Shown piece by piece: positions 18,818-29,002 of a stretch of DNA of 64,000 nucleotides. Position 1 is the stretch's first letter. Each line of letters begins with the position of its first letter. Location of the stretch: the NCBI GenBank assembly GCA_027622665.1, contig JAQBYT010000008.1, forward strand, positions 32,001 to 96,000, written 5' to 3'. Below the pieces are notes generated by a model, which worked only from the letters and a program-made list of their open reading frames with translations, was not told the DNA's origin and searched no databases. The position numbers and the translations under genes are program-made. This stretch comes from Verrucomicrobiota bacterium. Lineage in GTDB: Bacteria > Verrucomicrobiota > Verrucomicrobiia > Opitutales > Seribacteraceae.

Positions 18818-19596
18818 GCTTGAACTTTAACTGTTTCGTAGGTTTTTCGGAGTTTCAATAAGGTTTTTTCGGAAGAGCGTTGCCAACCGACTTCGGGAAT
18901 GGTTGCGAGAGAGACGACCTCGCGACCGGAACCACAGAGAATGATTTCATCGAAGGTGACGAGTTCGTCGAGAGTTGGTGAACGTCGATCGATCTCGAAG
19001 ACGTTTATATTGGAAAGAAGTCTGGACAGTACGATGCCGGGGAGAATGTCTTCCTCGGGAACAACGAGATGGTTGTCTTGGGCGAAGAGGAGGTTGGAGG
19101 TCGCGCTTTCTAGGACTCGGTCGTCAGTCGGATGAACGATTAGAAAATCTTCCATGCCAATGTCTAGTTCACCGAGGCGTCCGTACAATTCCTTGTCGAA
19201 GGTCGACTTTGCCTCGGGCACTGGCCGAAGGTGACGGAGGATTCTCGCGGAGAGCTCGGGGCTGGTCGGGTTGGCCGGTCGGACGTAGAGCGCGAGGCAA
19301 TCCTCGAGGAGACAAACGCGAACGAGGAATGGCACGGGAATTTGTGTCGAGGAAAGGAAGGTCGTTATCCGTTCGCGAATCTGGACTTGGGACACGATGG
19401 CTTTTACCTCGAGCAGGCGAGCGGATTCCTCCAAGCGAGCGAGATGAGTATTTAGGAAGAGAGGGCTGGGCGGGGTGCCTTCCACTCGAATGGTAGTGAA
19501 GGCTCCCTTGCCACCCCATGGTTCCGGAGGGGGGACGGAAGCGCCGTCCCTATCCCATGCAATAGTGGATGACGTTGGCGAGAATGGCGTGACCAT
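18814..19596 (-). CDS. pabC: Class IV aminotransferase family protein, probable aminodeoxychorismate lyase
   Basis: GAFTT, HLARL, EAKS (putative PLP Lys), ESATSNL, ILPGI; located between pabA and folP. Confidence 0.7.
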   Translation of the reverse strand: MVTPFSPTSSTIAWDRDGASVPPPEPWGGKGAFTTIRVEGTPPSPLFLNTHLARLEESARLLEVKAIVSQVQIRERITTFLSSTQIPVPFLVRVCLLEDCLALYVRPANPTSPELSARILRHLRPVPEAKSTFDKELYGRLGELDIGMEDFLIVHPTDDRVLESATSNLLFAQDNHLVVPEEDILPGIVLSRLLSNINVFEIDRRSPTLDELVTFDEIILCGSGREVVSLATIPEVGWQRSSEKTLLKLRKTYETVKVQA

Positions 19597-20131
19597 GATT
19601 AGAAAGAAAAGATTCGGGATGGTATTGCATGCCGAAGAGGCGTCTTTCGCAATCTTCGAAGGATAGCGGGACGTTGCGGATGCGATCGCGAGCAGTGGTC
19701 CTAATGCCGGTCGGCAGGTGTGAAAGGCTTGAGGATTCGACTTGAAGCGAGTGGTAGCGACCGACCTTTACGGGGGGCTCGATGCCGGCATAGGTGACGG
19801 ATTCGGGATCTGTTTCGATTTCGGTTTCCACTCCATGGAGGACTTGCGGTTGTCGAACGATGCGGGCCCCTTCCTCTTCAAGCATAAGCTGAAAGCCCAG
19901 ACAAACGCCAAGGATTGGTTTCTTACCACGCAGTTGGTGATAAAGCGCCTGAGTTTCCGGATAGTCCGCCGGCTTTCCGGGGCCAGGTGAAAAGACGACC
20001 ATCCGAGATTCTTCTGAATTTGCGACTTCGGTAGCCTCGAGACGATCGAGCACCACGACTTCCTCAAAGTCTGAAAGTAGATGTTCGAGGTTTCTGGTGA
20101 AGGAGTCTTTGTGGTCAACGAGGAGGATCAT
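19550..20131 (-). CDS. pabA: Aminodeoxychorismate synthase glutamine amidotransferase component
   Basis: MILLVDHKDSFT, SPGPG, GVCLG, RYHSL, QYHPES. ATG at 20131 overlaps the pabB stop (ATGA). Confidence 0.88.
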   Translation of the reverse strand: MILLVDHKDSFTRNLEHLLSDFEEVVVLDRLEATEVANSEESRMVVFSPGPGKPADYPETQALYHQLRGKKPILGVCLGFQLMLEEEGARIVRQPQVLHGVETEIETDPESVTYAGIEPPVKVGRYHSLQVESSSLSHLPTGIRTTARDRIRNVPLSFEDCERRLFGMQYHPESFLSNHGHAILANVIHYCMG

Positions 20132-21363
20132 CGCAACAGGTCGAGCAAGGCGCGGGCCTTTACTCCGTTTTCGTTGTATTCGTATTCGGGAGAGGAATTC
20201 ACGACTATGCCGCCGCCCGCTTGGGCAAAGCAACGGTCTTCTAGAATCAAGAGGGCCCGAATGATGAGGTTGAGGCGGATCGAACCATCGTCTCCGATAG
20301 TGCCGAAGCTTCCTGTGTATGGCCCTCGAAAGCAGGGTTCGAGCGAGTCGATGATCTCGATGGTACGGATCTTTGGGCAACCTGTGATGGTGCCTCCCGG
20401 AAGCATGGATCGAAGGATGCCTGCAAGATCACAATCAGAACGAAGCCGTCCCTCGATCGTGGACACGAGGTGAAAGAGGTGGGCATAGGTCTCCACTTCT
20501 CGAAACCGAGCTATCCGAACGCTTCCCAATTCACAGACGGCGGAAAGGTCGTTTCGTTCGAGGTCGACCAGCATGTTGTGCTCGGTTACCTCCTTGGGAT
20601 CGCCAAGAAAACGGGCGATTGCTTCGCTGTCGCCAATACCGGATCGCCGTTCGTGAGTTCCGCCGATGGGGCGAGTTACGATTTTTTCGCCCGTTTTATC
20701 GATTACCGTTTCCGGGGAACAACTGACGATGGCAAAGTCGGGTTGGCGAATCAGGAAAGCTTCGGGAGAAGGATTGGCGGCATGAAGACGGCGAAAGGCG
20801 TCGATGGGGTCGATCGAGATTCGGGCTTCGTGACGCTGGGAAATCTTTATCTGGTAGGTCTCCCCGTCGAGAATGGCTTCTCGAGCAGTGGCGAATACCT
20901 TCTCATAATCTTCGAAGGAAAGGTTGCAAATGATCTCTACGGGATTCGCCAAGGGTTTCGGAACCACAGGATCCACCAAACTGGCGGCGAGTTCCTCTTC
21001 GCGATCAGGGAGAGTGGATTCGATGGATAGTAGACTCTCCCTCAATCGCAGGATCGTTTGCGGACGGCCGAAAAAACCTTCCGGAACCGAAATGTCGCGG
21101 TTAGCCCTAAGCTGAACACCTGCATGTTTGGCTAGGAATTCGTATCCGAAGAATCCCACCCAACCGGAAAAGGAAAGCCCCGAGGGCGAAACCGTTTCAG
21201 CCAGCTTGCCGATTTGCTCCGAACTATTGATCGAATCCAGGGTCAAGGTTTCTGCGAAGTCGAGATAGGCGACGTACCCTCCTCCTCGATCGGTGCCCAC
21301 CATCAACGACCCATCCAGATGGGATAAGCTAGCCAGCGCATCAAGAACCTCAATCTCCTTCAT
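20128..21363 (-). CDS. pabB: Aminodeoxychorismate synthase component I (chorismate-binding)
   Basis: GETYQ, SPE, EHNMLVDLERNDL, HLVS, PGGTITGCPK, RGPYTG, AGGGIV; folate operon context. ATG 21363 overlaps the HAD stop. Confidence 0.85.
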   Translation of the reverse strand: MKEIEVLDALASLSHLDGSLMVGTDRGGGYVAYLDFAETLTLDSINSSEQIGKLAETVSPSGLSFSGWVGFFGYEFLAKHAGVQLRANRDISVPEGFFGRPQTILRLRESLLSIESTLPDREEELAASLVDPVVPKPLANPVEIICNLSFEDYEKVFATAREAILDGETYQIKISQRHEARISIDPIDAFRRLHAANPSPEAFLIRQPDFAIVSCSPETVIDKTGEKIVTRPIGGTHERRSGIGDSEAIARFLGDPKEVTEHNMLVDLERNDLSAVCELGSVRIARFREVETYAHLFHLVSTIEGRLRSDCDLAGILRSMLPGGTITGCPKIRTIEIIDSLEPCFRGPYTGSFGTIGDDGSIRLNLIIRALLILEDRCFAQAGGGIVVNSSPEYEYNENGVKARALLDLLR

Positions 21364-22043
21364 GGCAAAAGGTCGAGAAGTTCTCGAAAACTCTCTATCC
21401 TTGATATGTTCTCGGGCGATGCACACGCCTTCTCAGAGTAAAGCGCGGTGTGCCAACCTGCTGACAATGCCCCTTGCACGTCCCTTGAATAGCTGTCTCC
21501 GAGATGAAACATATCCTTGGGGGTGGTTCCTAGTATTCGTTCCACTTCTTGAAAAATTTCCGGCGAAGGTTTTTCAAAACCAATCTCGGAGGAAATGAAC
21601 AGTGCTTCAAATAGTCCGCTTACACCGAGGTCGCGAAGAACGGGACGAAGACGGGAATCGTTGTTCGAAAGTACCGCCAGACGATAGCCACGCGTTCCTA
21701 GAACTTGGAGGGTGTCGACAGCTCCGTCGGCAAGCCGCCAGCATTTTCCCTCGGCAAAAGTTTCCCAGAGTTCCTCGAAGAGGGAATCGTGAATTTCTTT
21801 TGGGCAGAATCCCTCGAATGTGCGCCCCACGATCATACGCCAGAAACCCCGTTCGTCTCCCTCGAACGTCACCTTGGTGGACTGCGTCTCGGAAAAAACG
21901 CGATAGAATCGCTCGTTTATCTCGCTGTCTTCGGTTGCATAACCTCGGCATCGAGCGGCGTCCGCATAGACGTTCCCTACAGAAGGCCAAGGCCGCATGA
22001 GCGTGCCTGCGGCATCAAAAGTGATGGCTCGTACAGTCGACAT
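21360..22043 (-). CDS. HAD-IA family hydrolase (REG-2/HDHD3-like)
   Basis: FDAAGTL motif I, LSNND motif II, EKP motif III, HLGDSYSRDVQGA motif IV. Confidence 0.9.
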   Translation of the reverse strand: MSTVRAITFDAAGTLMRPWPSVGNVYADAARCRGYATEDSEINERFYRVFSETQSTKVTFEGDERGFWRMIVGRTFEGFCPKEIHDSLFEELWETFAEGKCWRLADGAVDTLQVLGTRGYRLAVLSNNDSRLRPVLRDLGVSGLFEALFISSEIGFEKPSPEIFQEVERILGTTPKDMFHLGDSYSRDVQGALSAGWHTALYSEKACASPENISRIESFRELLDLLP

Positions 22044-22142
22044 TGTTAAATGTGAATGAAAATTGTAATCCTTTTCGCGATTGGTAGAAACGCAAAATTG
22101 CGCAAGAAAGGGGATGGCATCAAAAACAGGAAATCGTAAATC

Positions 22143-23147
22143 ATGCGAGTCTTTCCCAAAGGACAGGGTTTCACCATCGGGCTTCTAGGAGCCTTGGCTA
22201 TGGCTTGGTATTGGCCCGCGGGTGGGGAACCGGATGGGCCGTTGAAGCCCGAAATTACCACAAAGGCAGCCGTGGCGCTAATCTTCCTATTGCAAGGCCT
22301 GAATTTGCCTTTGGGCCAATTGCGGCAAGGATTAGGTGACTGGCGTCTCCACCTTTTCATACAGATTTTTTCCTTCGTCTTGTTTCCTTTAGCGACCTTG
22401 GGGTTAGTCGTCTCGGGGATGATTCCACTTCCATGGGCTCCCGGATTCCTATTCCTCGCCATCCTCCCCACAACCATTTCGACCGCCATAGTCTATACCT
22501 CGGTCTCGGGTGGAGATTCGGTCTCCGCTACCTTCAACGCCACGCTTTCCAATCTCCTCGCCATACTAGCGGTGCCCTTGTGGTGTGCCTTTTTTGTTTT
22601 CCCGATGGAGGGCATTGCCATGGCGGAAACATCGTCCGATAGTTTTTTTAGCGAATTCCTCGCGAAGTTGCTCGGACTCATAGTGACCCCGCTTTGCGTA
22701 GGTCTGGGGTTTCGCCGAATCCTCGGCAATGAAGACTCTGCCCGCCGCAAACGATCCTTCCGCAATCTCTCCTATGGTGGTGTACTCTTCATCGCCTATG
22801 CGGGTTTCTGCCAAGGCTTCCTCGGGTCAGGCAAGGACTCGGGGGCGATTTGGTGGGAGGCGCTTGTGTGGGCGGCTATATTGCTTGCTTTTGCTAAGTG
22901 CTTTACATGGGGATTTGGGGGACTATTGGGATTTGAACGAAACAGGCGACTCCCCGCTTTCTTTTGCGCCTCGCAAAAATCCTTGGCCGTGGGCTTACCC
23001 ATGGGGCAGTTGCTGTTTGGGCTCGAACACCCTAAACTGTTTTTCCTGCTGTTGCCGTTAATCCTCTATCACATGTTGCAGCTCTTGGTTGGAGCCATCC
23101 TTTTGGGCCGTTGGCAGGACAATGAATCCCCAACCTTTCGGTCGTAA
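22143..23147 (+). CDS. Bile acid:sodium symporter family (SBF-like/YfeH-like) protein
   Basis: IFLLQGL, LPTTIST, SNLL, FCASQKSLAVGLPM, PLILYH; about 10 TM helices. Confidence 0.88.
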   Translation: MRVFPKGQGFTIGLLGALAMAWYWPAGGEPDGPLKPEITTKAAVALIFLLQGLNLPLGQLRQGLGDWRLHLFIQIFSFVLFPLATLGLVVSGMIPLPWAPGFLFLAILPTTISTAIVYTSVSGGDSVSATFNATLSNLLAILAVPLWCAFFVFPMEGIAMAETSSDSFFSEFLAKLLGLIVTPLCVGLGFRRILGNEDSARRKRSFRNLSYGGVLFIAYAGFCQGFLGSGKDSGAIWWEALVWAAILLAFAKCFTWGFGGLLGFERNRRLPAFFCASQKSLAVGLPMGQLLFGLEHPKLFFLLLPLILYHMLQLLVGAILLGRWQDNESPTFRS

Positions 23148-23199
23148 TATTCCCTTTAGTATTGCTCGGTTGTGTTTTTACCGTGTTTTAACGAATCCT

Positions 23200-24009
23200 G
23201 TGATCTGCAAGACTTTTAAGCAAAAGGAAAAAATGCGCCAAGCCGGGCGGGCGGCAGCCACTGTGTTGCACAAATTGTGCGCCATGGTGGAAGCGGGGAT
23301 TTCCACTTTGGACTTGGATGAGGCCGGAGGAAAACTGATGGAGGAACTGGGCGTCACCAGTGCCTGCAGGGGATATCGAGCCGGTTCCAAGGTTTTCCCT
23401 GGTTACACCTGCCTGTCCGTGAACGAGGAAATTGTTCATGGCATTGGCTTGCCCGAAAGGAAGCTGATGTCGGGGGACATTATCTCCGTGGACGTGTGCA
23501 TCTCTTGTGACGGTTACATCGGTGACAATTGTCGCACAGTGCCCGTTGGCAAAGTTTCCCCTGAGGTAGAACGTTTGCTGCGAATCACTGAAGAGTCCCT
23601 TTTCCTCGGGATCGAGCAAGCCGTTCACAAAAATAGGGTGGGGGACGTTTCCAGGGCAGTCCAGAGCCATGTCGAAGATGCAGGCTTTGCGGTAATAACA
23701 AATTTCGTGGGCCACGGGGTCGGCAAGACCCTTCACGAAGACCCTCAAATTCCAAACTATGGCCAAGCCGGTTCCGGTCCCAGATTGAAAAAGGGCATGG
23801 CGGTATGTATCGAGCCCATGGTGAACACCAAAAGCTCAAAGGTTAAGATGGCTGAAGACGGATGGACCGCTTTGGCGGTAGACGGTATGCCATCGGCTCA
23901 CTTCGAACACACTTTGCTCGTCGATGAAGAGAGGGCGGAAATAATTACAATTCCCGAAGGTTTCGAAAAGGCTGAGCCTTTTTTCGCTGCCGCAACGGCT
24001 ATAGCCTAA
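23200..24009 (+). CDS. map: Type I methionyl aminopeptidase
   Basis: SVNEEIVHG, VD...GYIGD, GHGVG..LHEDP, IEPM, SAHFEHT. GTG start 23200. Confidence 0.95.
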   Translation: MICKTFKQKEKMRQAGRAAATVLHKLCAMVEAGISTLDLDEAGGKLMEELGVTSACRGYRAGSKVFPGYTCLSVNEEIVHGIGLPERKLMSGDIISVDVCISCDGYIGDNCRTVPVGKVSPEVERLLRITEESLFLGIEQAVHKNRVGDVSRAVQSHVEDAGFAVITNFVGHGVGKTLHEDPQIPNYGQAGSGPRLKKGMAVCIEPMVNTKSSKVKMAEDGWTALAVDGMPSAHFEHTLLVDEERAEIITIPEGFEKAEPFFAAATAIA

Positions 24010-24034
24010 CAACGCTCGAAAGGACAATCATCCC

Positions 24035-24913
24035 ATGCTGAAAAATATCACCGACTCGGTTTTCTCCTTTGACGTGGAGTGGATTCCTGACCCAAAGGCG
24101 GGCGAAATCCTTTATGATGCCGCTCCCGCCGATGGTCCCGGGGAGGATGCCAGAGCGGCCTGCGAGACCCTTTGGGCCGCAGCCAGAGAGAGAGCGGGCA
24201 GTAAGGATCCGAACTTACAACCGTACTTGAAGACCATTCTATGCCGGATCGTGTCCTTGGCCGGAATTCTTCGAGAAAGCCCGCCGGGGGGAGAACCCAC
24301 CCTGAAACTGGTTTCCCTGCCTGCGGATTGCTCGGATGCGAGCAAGGTGGAGGAGAAATCCATTCTCATTGCCTTTATGAAGTCCGTAGGTCGAAGAAAG
24401 CCACAACTTGTCGGCTATAACTCGGCCCAAGCAGATGTTCCGATCATCGTTCAACGCGCCATTGTAAACGGCTTGCCCGGATTCGGCTTTTCGGATCGGC
24501 CGAGCAAACCATGGGAGGGCGTGGACTACTTTGATGCAAGAAACAGTACTTACAGCGTCGATCTGGCTGATTCTCTCGGGCAGTATCGTGATCGTCCCTC
24601 ACTGCATCAAGCTGCGACTCTCAGTGGGATTCCGGGTAAAATTGACGTCAGTGGAGGATCCGTTGCCGACATGTGGCTGGAGGGACGTTTGCCGGAAATC
24701 GTCGAGTATAACGAATTCGACGCCTTCACCACCCACTTGCTTTGGGCTAGGGTGGCTCACTTCTCGGGACTGCTTTCAAGCGATGCTTATGTTCGCGAGC
24801 AAAACCTTGTTCGTGAGCTTCTTGAGGAGGAAATCGCCGGAGGCAAAGCCCATCTGGAGCGATTCGTAGGCGACTGGGATCGCCTCTTGGCAATCACGGG
24901 GCAAAGCTACTAA
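24035..24913 (+). CDS. Stand-alone PolB-like 3'-5' exonuclease (DEDDy)
   Basis: Exo I FDVEW, Exo II GYNSAQADVP, GIPGK, Exo III YNEFD. Confidence 0.8.
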   Translation: MLKNITDSVFSFDVEWIPDPKAGEILYDAAPADGPGEDARAACETLWAAARERAGSKDPNLQPYLKTILCRIVSLAGILRESPPGGEPTLKLVSLPADCSDASKVEEKSILIAFMKSVGRRKPQLVGYNSAQADVPIIVQRAIVNGLPGFGFSDRPSKPWEGVDYFDARNSTYSVDLADSLGQYRDRPSLHQAATLSGIPGKIDVSGGSVADMWLEGRLPEIVEYNEFDAFTTHLLWARVAHFSGLLSSDAYVREQNLVRELLEEEIAGGKAHLERFVGDWDRLLAITGQSY

Positions 24914-25013
24914 GGTGGATCTCAAGCTATTTTAGGTTTGTAGCTTCCGGGGAATTCCGGCGCAAAGGCTTATCTAATTCTTTAACCTGACAACTATTCG
25001 TAGTTTTGAATAA

Positions 25014-26015
25014 ATGATCGATTCAGCAACTGCCGAGACCGCACTTAAACGCCTGAAGGAAACGCACCAACGCCTCCTTGATGAGATTCACAAGGTGATC
25101 GTTGGGCAAGACGGTGTCATCGAGCAGCTCCTGGTAAGCCTTTTGGCACGCGGTCACTGCCTCTTGACGGGTATCCCAGGACTGGGGAAGACGTTACTGG
25201 TCAAGACCGTGGCCAATGCCTTGGATCTTTCCTTCAAGCGAATTCAGTTCACGCCCGACTTGATGCCCGCCGACGTCGTGGGGTCGGAGATCATGGACGA
25301 GGATCCCGAAACCGGAAAAAAAGCCTTTCGTTTTTCTCTGGGGCCCATTTTCGCCAACGTGGTGCTGGCCGACGAAATAAACCGTACCCCTCCCAAGACC
25401 CAGGCATCCTTGCTCGAGGCTATGGAAGAGAGGCAAGTCACGGTGTCAGGTACGACTAGGCCTCTGGAGCAGCCTTTCTTCGTTCTGGCTACGCAAAATC
25501 CAATTGAACTCGAAGGTACCTATCCCTTGCCGGAAGCCCAGCTTGATCGTTTCCTTCTCAATCCGGTTATCGATTACCTGCCGATCGATGAAGAAATTCG
25601 CATGGTTTCTGACACGACGGGCACACCGAAAGAAGGCGCTGAAGTCATTCTCAACGGGGACGACATCCAAATCTTGCAAGCCCTCACTCGTGAATTGCCG
25701 GCATCTAAGAACGTTGTTTCCTACGCCGTACGCCTAGCCGCTGCATCACGTCCGACTTTGGCGGACACGGACGAATGGGTGAAGAAGCGCGTGAAGTGGG
25801 GAGCGGGTTCCCGTGGTTCGCAAGCCTTGATCCTTGCGGGGAAGGCACGAGCACTGCTCGCGGAACGACCCAACGTATCTTGCGAAGACGTACGAGTAAT
25901 GGCGAAACCGGCGCTCCGGCACCGAGTCTTGACCAGCTTTCTAGCTGAATCCGAAGGCATCAGTTCAGACGACGTCATCGATCGTTTGCTCGAACAAGTT
26001 CCCGAATCCGTCTAG
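25014..26015 (+). CDS. MoxR family AAA+ ATPase
   Basis: GIPGLGKT, RIQFTPDLMPAD, LADEINRTPPKTQ, ATQNPIE, LPEAQLDRF. Confidence 0.96.
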   Translation: MIDSATAETALKRLKETHQRLLDEIHKVIVGQDGVIEQLLVSLLARGHCLLTGIPGLGKTLLVKTVANALDLSFKRIQFTPDLMPADVVGSEIMDEDPETGKKAFRFSLGPIFANVVLADEINRTPPKTQASLLEAMEERQVTVSGTTRPLEQPFFVLATQNPIELEGTYPLPEAQLDRFLLNPVIDYLPIDEEIRMVSDTTGTPKEGAEVILNGDDIQILQALTRELPASKNVVSYAVRLAAASRPTLADTDEWVKKRVKWGAGSRGSQALILAGKARALLAERPNVSCEDVRVMAKPALRHRVLTSFLAESEGISSDDVIDRLLEQVPESV

Positions 26016-26020
26016 CCCGG

Positions 26021-26920
26021 ATGCCCGTCGAGACGGAACTGCTGGACCCCGTCCATCTGGCGTCCATCGAGGATTACTCCTTGCTTACCCGTATCGTGGT
26101 GGACGGAGCCTTGCCGGGCATCCACCGCAGCCAACGGCACGGTCGCGGCAGCGAATTCTTTCAGTATCGCGAATACGCATCCGGAGACGACTTGAAACTG
26201 GTTGATTGGAAGGTCTACGCCAAACGCGGTGAGCTTGTTTCCAAAAGCTTTCAAGAGGACACCAACCTAACTTGTTATCTCGTGCTTGATACAAGTGCAT
26301 CGATGGGGTACCAAGGCTCGAGGTCTTCCTGCAGTAAACTTCGCTACGCCTGCATGTTGGCCGCTTGCTTTGCCTACATCGCCAACAGGCAAGGGGATCG
26401 CGTGGGCCTTTTCGCTTATTCCGATGAGGCGAAAGCATGGATTCAACCCAGAAGCGGCCGCGGACACCTCAATCGAATTTTCACCGCGCTCGCGGGCCTT
26501 GAAGCGGAAGGCGCAAACGATCACCGAAGCAGTTGGAATACCCTTTCCACAGGCCTGCCGGGAAAGAGCCTCGTTGTCTTTTTGTCTGATTTTCTGGAAG
26601 CGGAAGAGGAATTACCCGAGCATTTGCGATTCGCCACTTCCGCCCGTTATGAATGTCTTTGTCTGCAAACCCTCGATCCCGATGAGCTCGACCTTCCTGA
26701 TTCTGAGGCTCTTCGATTTTCCGAGATGGAGGGGACGCATGAAATCTCTACCTCTCCGCCAGCCATACGAGAGGATTATAAGGCTGGCATGAACGACTTT
26801 CTCGATCGCCTGAAAGACAATCTCGCCTTAGTCAACGTGGAGTTCGAAAGCCTCACGACGGATGCGCATCTCGGACACGCCCTCCATCGTTTCCTCGGCA
26901 TGCGCTACGGATCACTTTGA
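26021..26920 (+). CDS. DUF58 domain protein with vWA-like MIDAS
   Basis: GIHRS..G...EF..YREY..GDD...DWK..A, DTSAS, DRVGL, SDF. Confidence 0.92.
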   Translation: MPVETELLDPVHLASIEDYSLLTRIVVDGALPGIHRSQRHGRGSEFFQYREYASGDDLKLVDWKVYAKRGELVSKSFQEDTNLTCYLVLDTSASMGYQGSRSSCSKLRYACMLAACFAYIANRQGDRVGLFAYSDEAKAWIQPRSGRGHLNRIFTALAGLEAEGANDHRSSWNTLSTGLPGKSLVVFLSDFLEAEEELPEHLRFATSARYECLCLQTLDPDELDLPDSEALRFSEMEGTHEISTSPPAIREDYKAGMNDFLDRLKDNLALVNVEFESLTTDAHLGHALHRFLGMRYGSL

Positions 26921-26998
26921 GCGCAAAGAGGTTGGCATGAAGGCAAAATACGAGCTCGACCACGCTTACCATTTGAAGGTGCTTAACCTTTTTCTCAT

Positions 26999-29002
26999 AT
27001 GCTGACCTTCGTGCAACCAATGGCTCTTTGGGCTTTTGCTGCCTTGGCCTTGCCCGTCATTGCTCACATGGCGTATAGGCAGGTCACGAATCGATACCTC
27101 TTTCCCTCCCTCCGTTTCATAAAGCCTGCTCGCATTCCCAGAACAGGTCGCAAAATACCTACCGATTGGCTGCTGTTACTCGCTAGGATCATGCTTTTTG
27201 CCGTATTGGCCTGCCTCTTTGCCGATCCCTACTGGAAAGAACCCTCTCCACCCGAGGCCACCAAAGTAGGGCGTGAAACAGTAATCGCTCTGGACCTGTC
27301 TCCGAGCATGTCTGGTTGGGCCGGCCTATCCGAGGCAAAGAAAAGGATCGATGGACTTCTCGAGAAAATCGAGGGGCAGGTAGGTTACGTCGGTTTCGGT
27401 TCCGGCGTATTGGCGGAAATCGCCCCGACCGATGAGGTCGGCCTTGTGCGAAGTGCCATTGCACAGGCCACCACCGGCTACGGGAGTGGCAACCCGCAGA
27501 CAGGCATTGATCGAGCGGCAAAACTCTTTTCTTCCGGGGCGAAGGAACGAAATTTGGTTGTATTATCCGACTTTCAACGTTCGGACTGGCAGGCCACCTA
27601 CCGTCGTCTCGACGAGGAAGGGATCACCGTAGATCTCCGCCCGGTCGGTCATTCCCGAAAGGTGGGGGGGAAACGCGAGGGCAACCTGTCGCTCGCCGAG
27701 GCCAAGGCTGCTCCCGCCGGTCCCGGCAAAGTGAGAGCATGGGCCGTGGTTCGCAATTCTTCCAATGAACCGGTTGAAACCACTATTTCAATCGAAGCCG
27801 GCGGTGAAATTCGTGAAGAAAAGCCCATCATGGTTCCTGCGAATGGGGCAACCCAAGCGCAATTCATTCTACCCGAAGGAGATTTCGCCTCGGCCATCCT
27901 TAAACTAATGGATGAAGATGAGCTAGCCGTGGACAACGTACGCCATCTTTGGCTGAAAGCTCCTCCGCCCAGGAGATTCGGATTTTGGAGTTCGACGAAC
28001 GAGACCGAAGAAACTATCGAGGAACGTGAATTCCTTAAAGTGGCCATCGAGAGCGCGGGAGACAATGGGTGGAACCGCTGGCTTTCCGTCCAAGAAAATG
28101 CCGATGGCCTCCGAATTGGTGACCTGACGAGCGAACTGGACTTACTCATCGTCACCGGAATCGGATCATGGTTTGCCGAGGAAAAGCTTGAGGAAACAAT
28201 GAAGACCTACCTCAAAGGTGGCGGCTTTGTCATCGTGACCCCTTCGGAGCCTTTTGCCGCTTCTGTTTCGACATTACGTAATTCCGATCTTCTCGACCTC
28301 GGTTTCGTTCGGGTGGTAGGTGGCGCCGGCGCCACTCGCGAACCGTTCCGGATTTCGGCCTTAGAACCTGGTTCCCACCTTGCCAAAACCTTTTCTGGGA
28401 AAGCCGCTCGCGACCTTTATTTGACTGGTATTTACAGGTACGGTCTCGTCCGACCTGCGGAGGCTGAGGGAGTATCCACGCCACTTCAATCCACGGAAGG
28501 CAACCCCTTTGTTGTTCAGCGCATTTTCCCCGAGGGCGGGAAACTGACCTTCTTCCCTTATCGCCTAAACGCAAGGTGGACGGACCTTCCCATGAGAAAT
28601 AGTTTTCTTCCGCTTATCATGGAGCTCGTTCGTGGTTCAAAGGGTGTGATCGACCGATCTTGGCCGCGCTTGGAATCCGGTGAAACCTTGGTGGACGGCG
28701 AGGAGACTTTTCGAGCTGAAAAGCCGGGGACTTTTCGTTTTCGGGATCGCTTTGTGGAAGTGGCTCTCGCCCCCTCCGAAAGCATTGCCGAGGTCATTGA
28801 ACCGGCGGAAACCAGAGAAAGCCTTGGAGCCGGATCCATCCTAGGCAAGGTGAACACCTCCGGCGAAGACCTCGACGAAGAAGAGAGCAAGTCCCTGTGG
28901 TTGTGGTTTGCAATAGCGGCGGTGATTCTTTTTATTACTGAAAACCTTTGGTCTAGGCCACGCAGGACAACAGTACTTGAAAAGGAAACGGTAAATGCCT
29001 GA
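26999..29002 (+). CDS. BatA N-terminal double-TM + vWA domain protein
   Basis: MLTFVQP...ALPVIAH...FPSLRF, DLSPS MIDAS, SDFQ, DN, LPMRNSFLPL, C-terminal TM helix. Confidence 0.85.
   Translation: MLTFVQPMALWAFAALALPVIAHMAYRQVTNRYLFPSLRFIKPARIPRTGRKIPTDWLLLLARIMLFAVLACLFADPYWKEPSPPEATKVGRETVIALDLSPSMSGWAGLSEAKKRIDGLLEKIEGQVGYVGFGSGVLAEIAPTDEVGLVRSAIAQATTGYGSGNPQTGIDRAAKLFSSGAKERNLVVLSDFQRSDWQATYRRLDEEGITVDLRPVGHSRKVGGKREGNLSLAEAKAAPAGPGKVRAWAVVRNSSNEPVETTISIEAGGEIREEKPIMVPANGATQAQFILPEGDFASAILKLMDEDELAVDNVRHLWLKAPPPRRFGFWSSTNETEETIEEREFLKVAIESAGDNGWNRWLSVQENADGLRIGDLTSELDLLIVTGIGSWFAEEKLEETMKTYLKGGGFVIVTPSEPFAASVSTLRNSDLLDLGFVRVVGGAGATREPFRISALEPGSHLAKTFSGKAARDLYLTGIYRYGLVRPAEAEGVSTPLQSTEGNPFVVQRIFPEGGKLTFFPYRLNARWTDLPMRNSFLPLIMELVRGSKGVIDRSWPRLESGETLVDGEETFRAEKPGTFRFRDRFVEVALAPSESIAEVIEPAETRESLGAGSILGKVNTSGEDLDEEESKSLWLWFAIAAVILFITENLWSRPRRTTVLEKETVNA

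Noticed and set aside
20132..20380. N-terminal extension of PabA
   Set aside because: It lies inside pabB; the ATGA overlap at 20128-20131 marks the real start.
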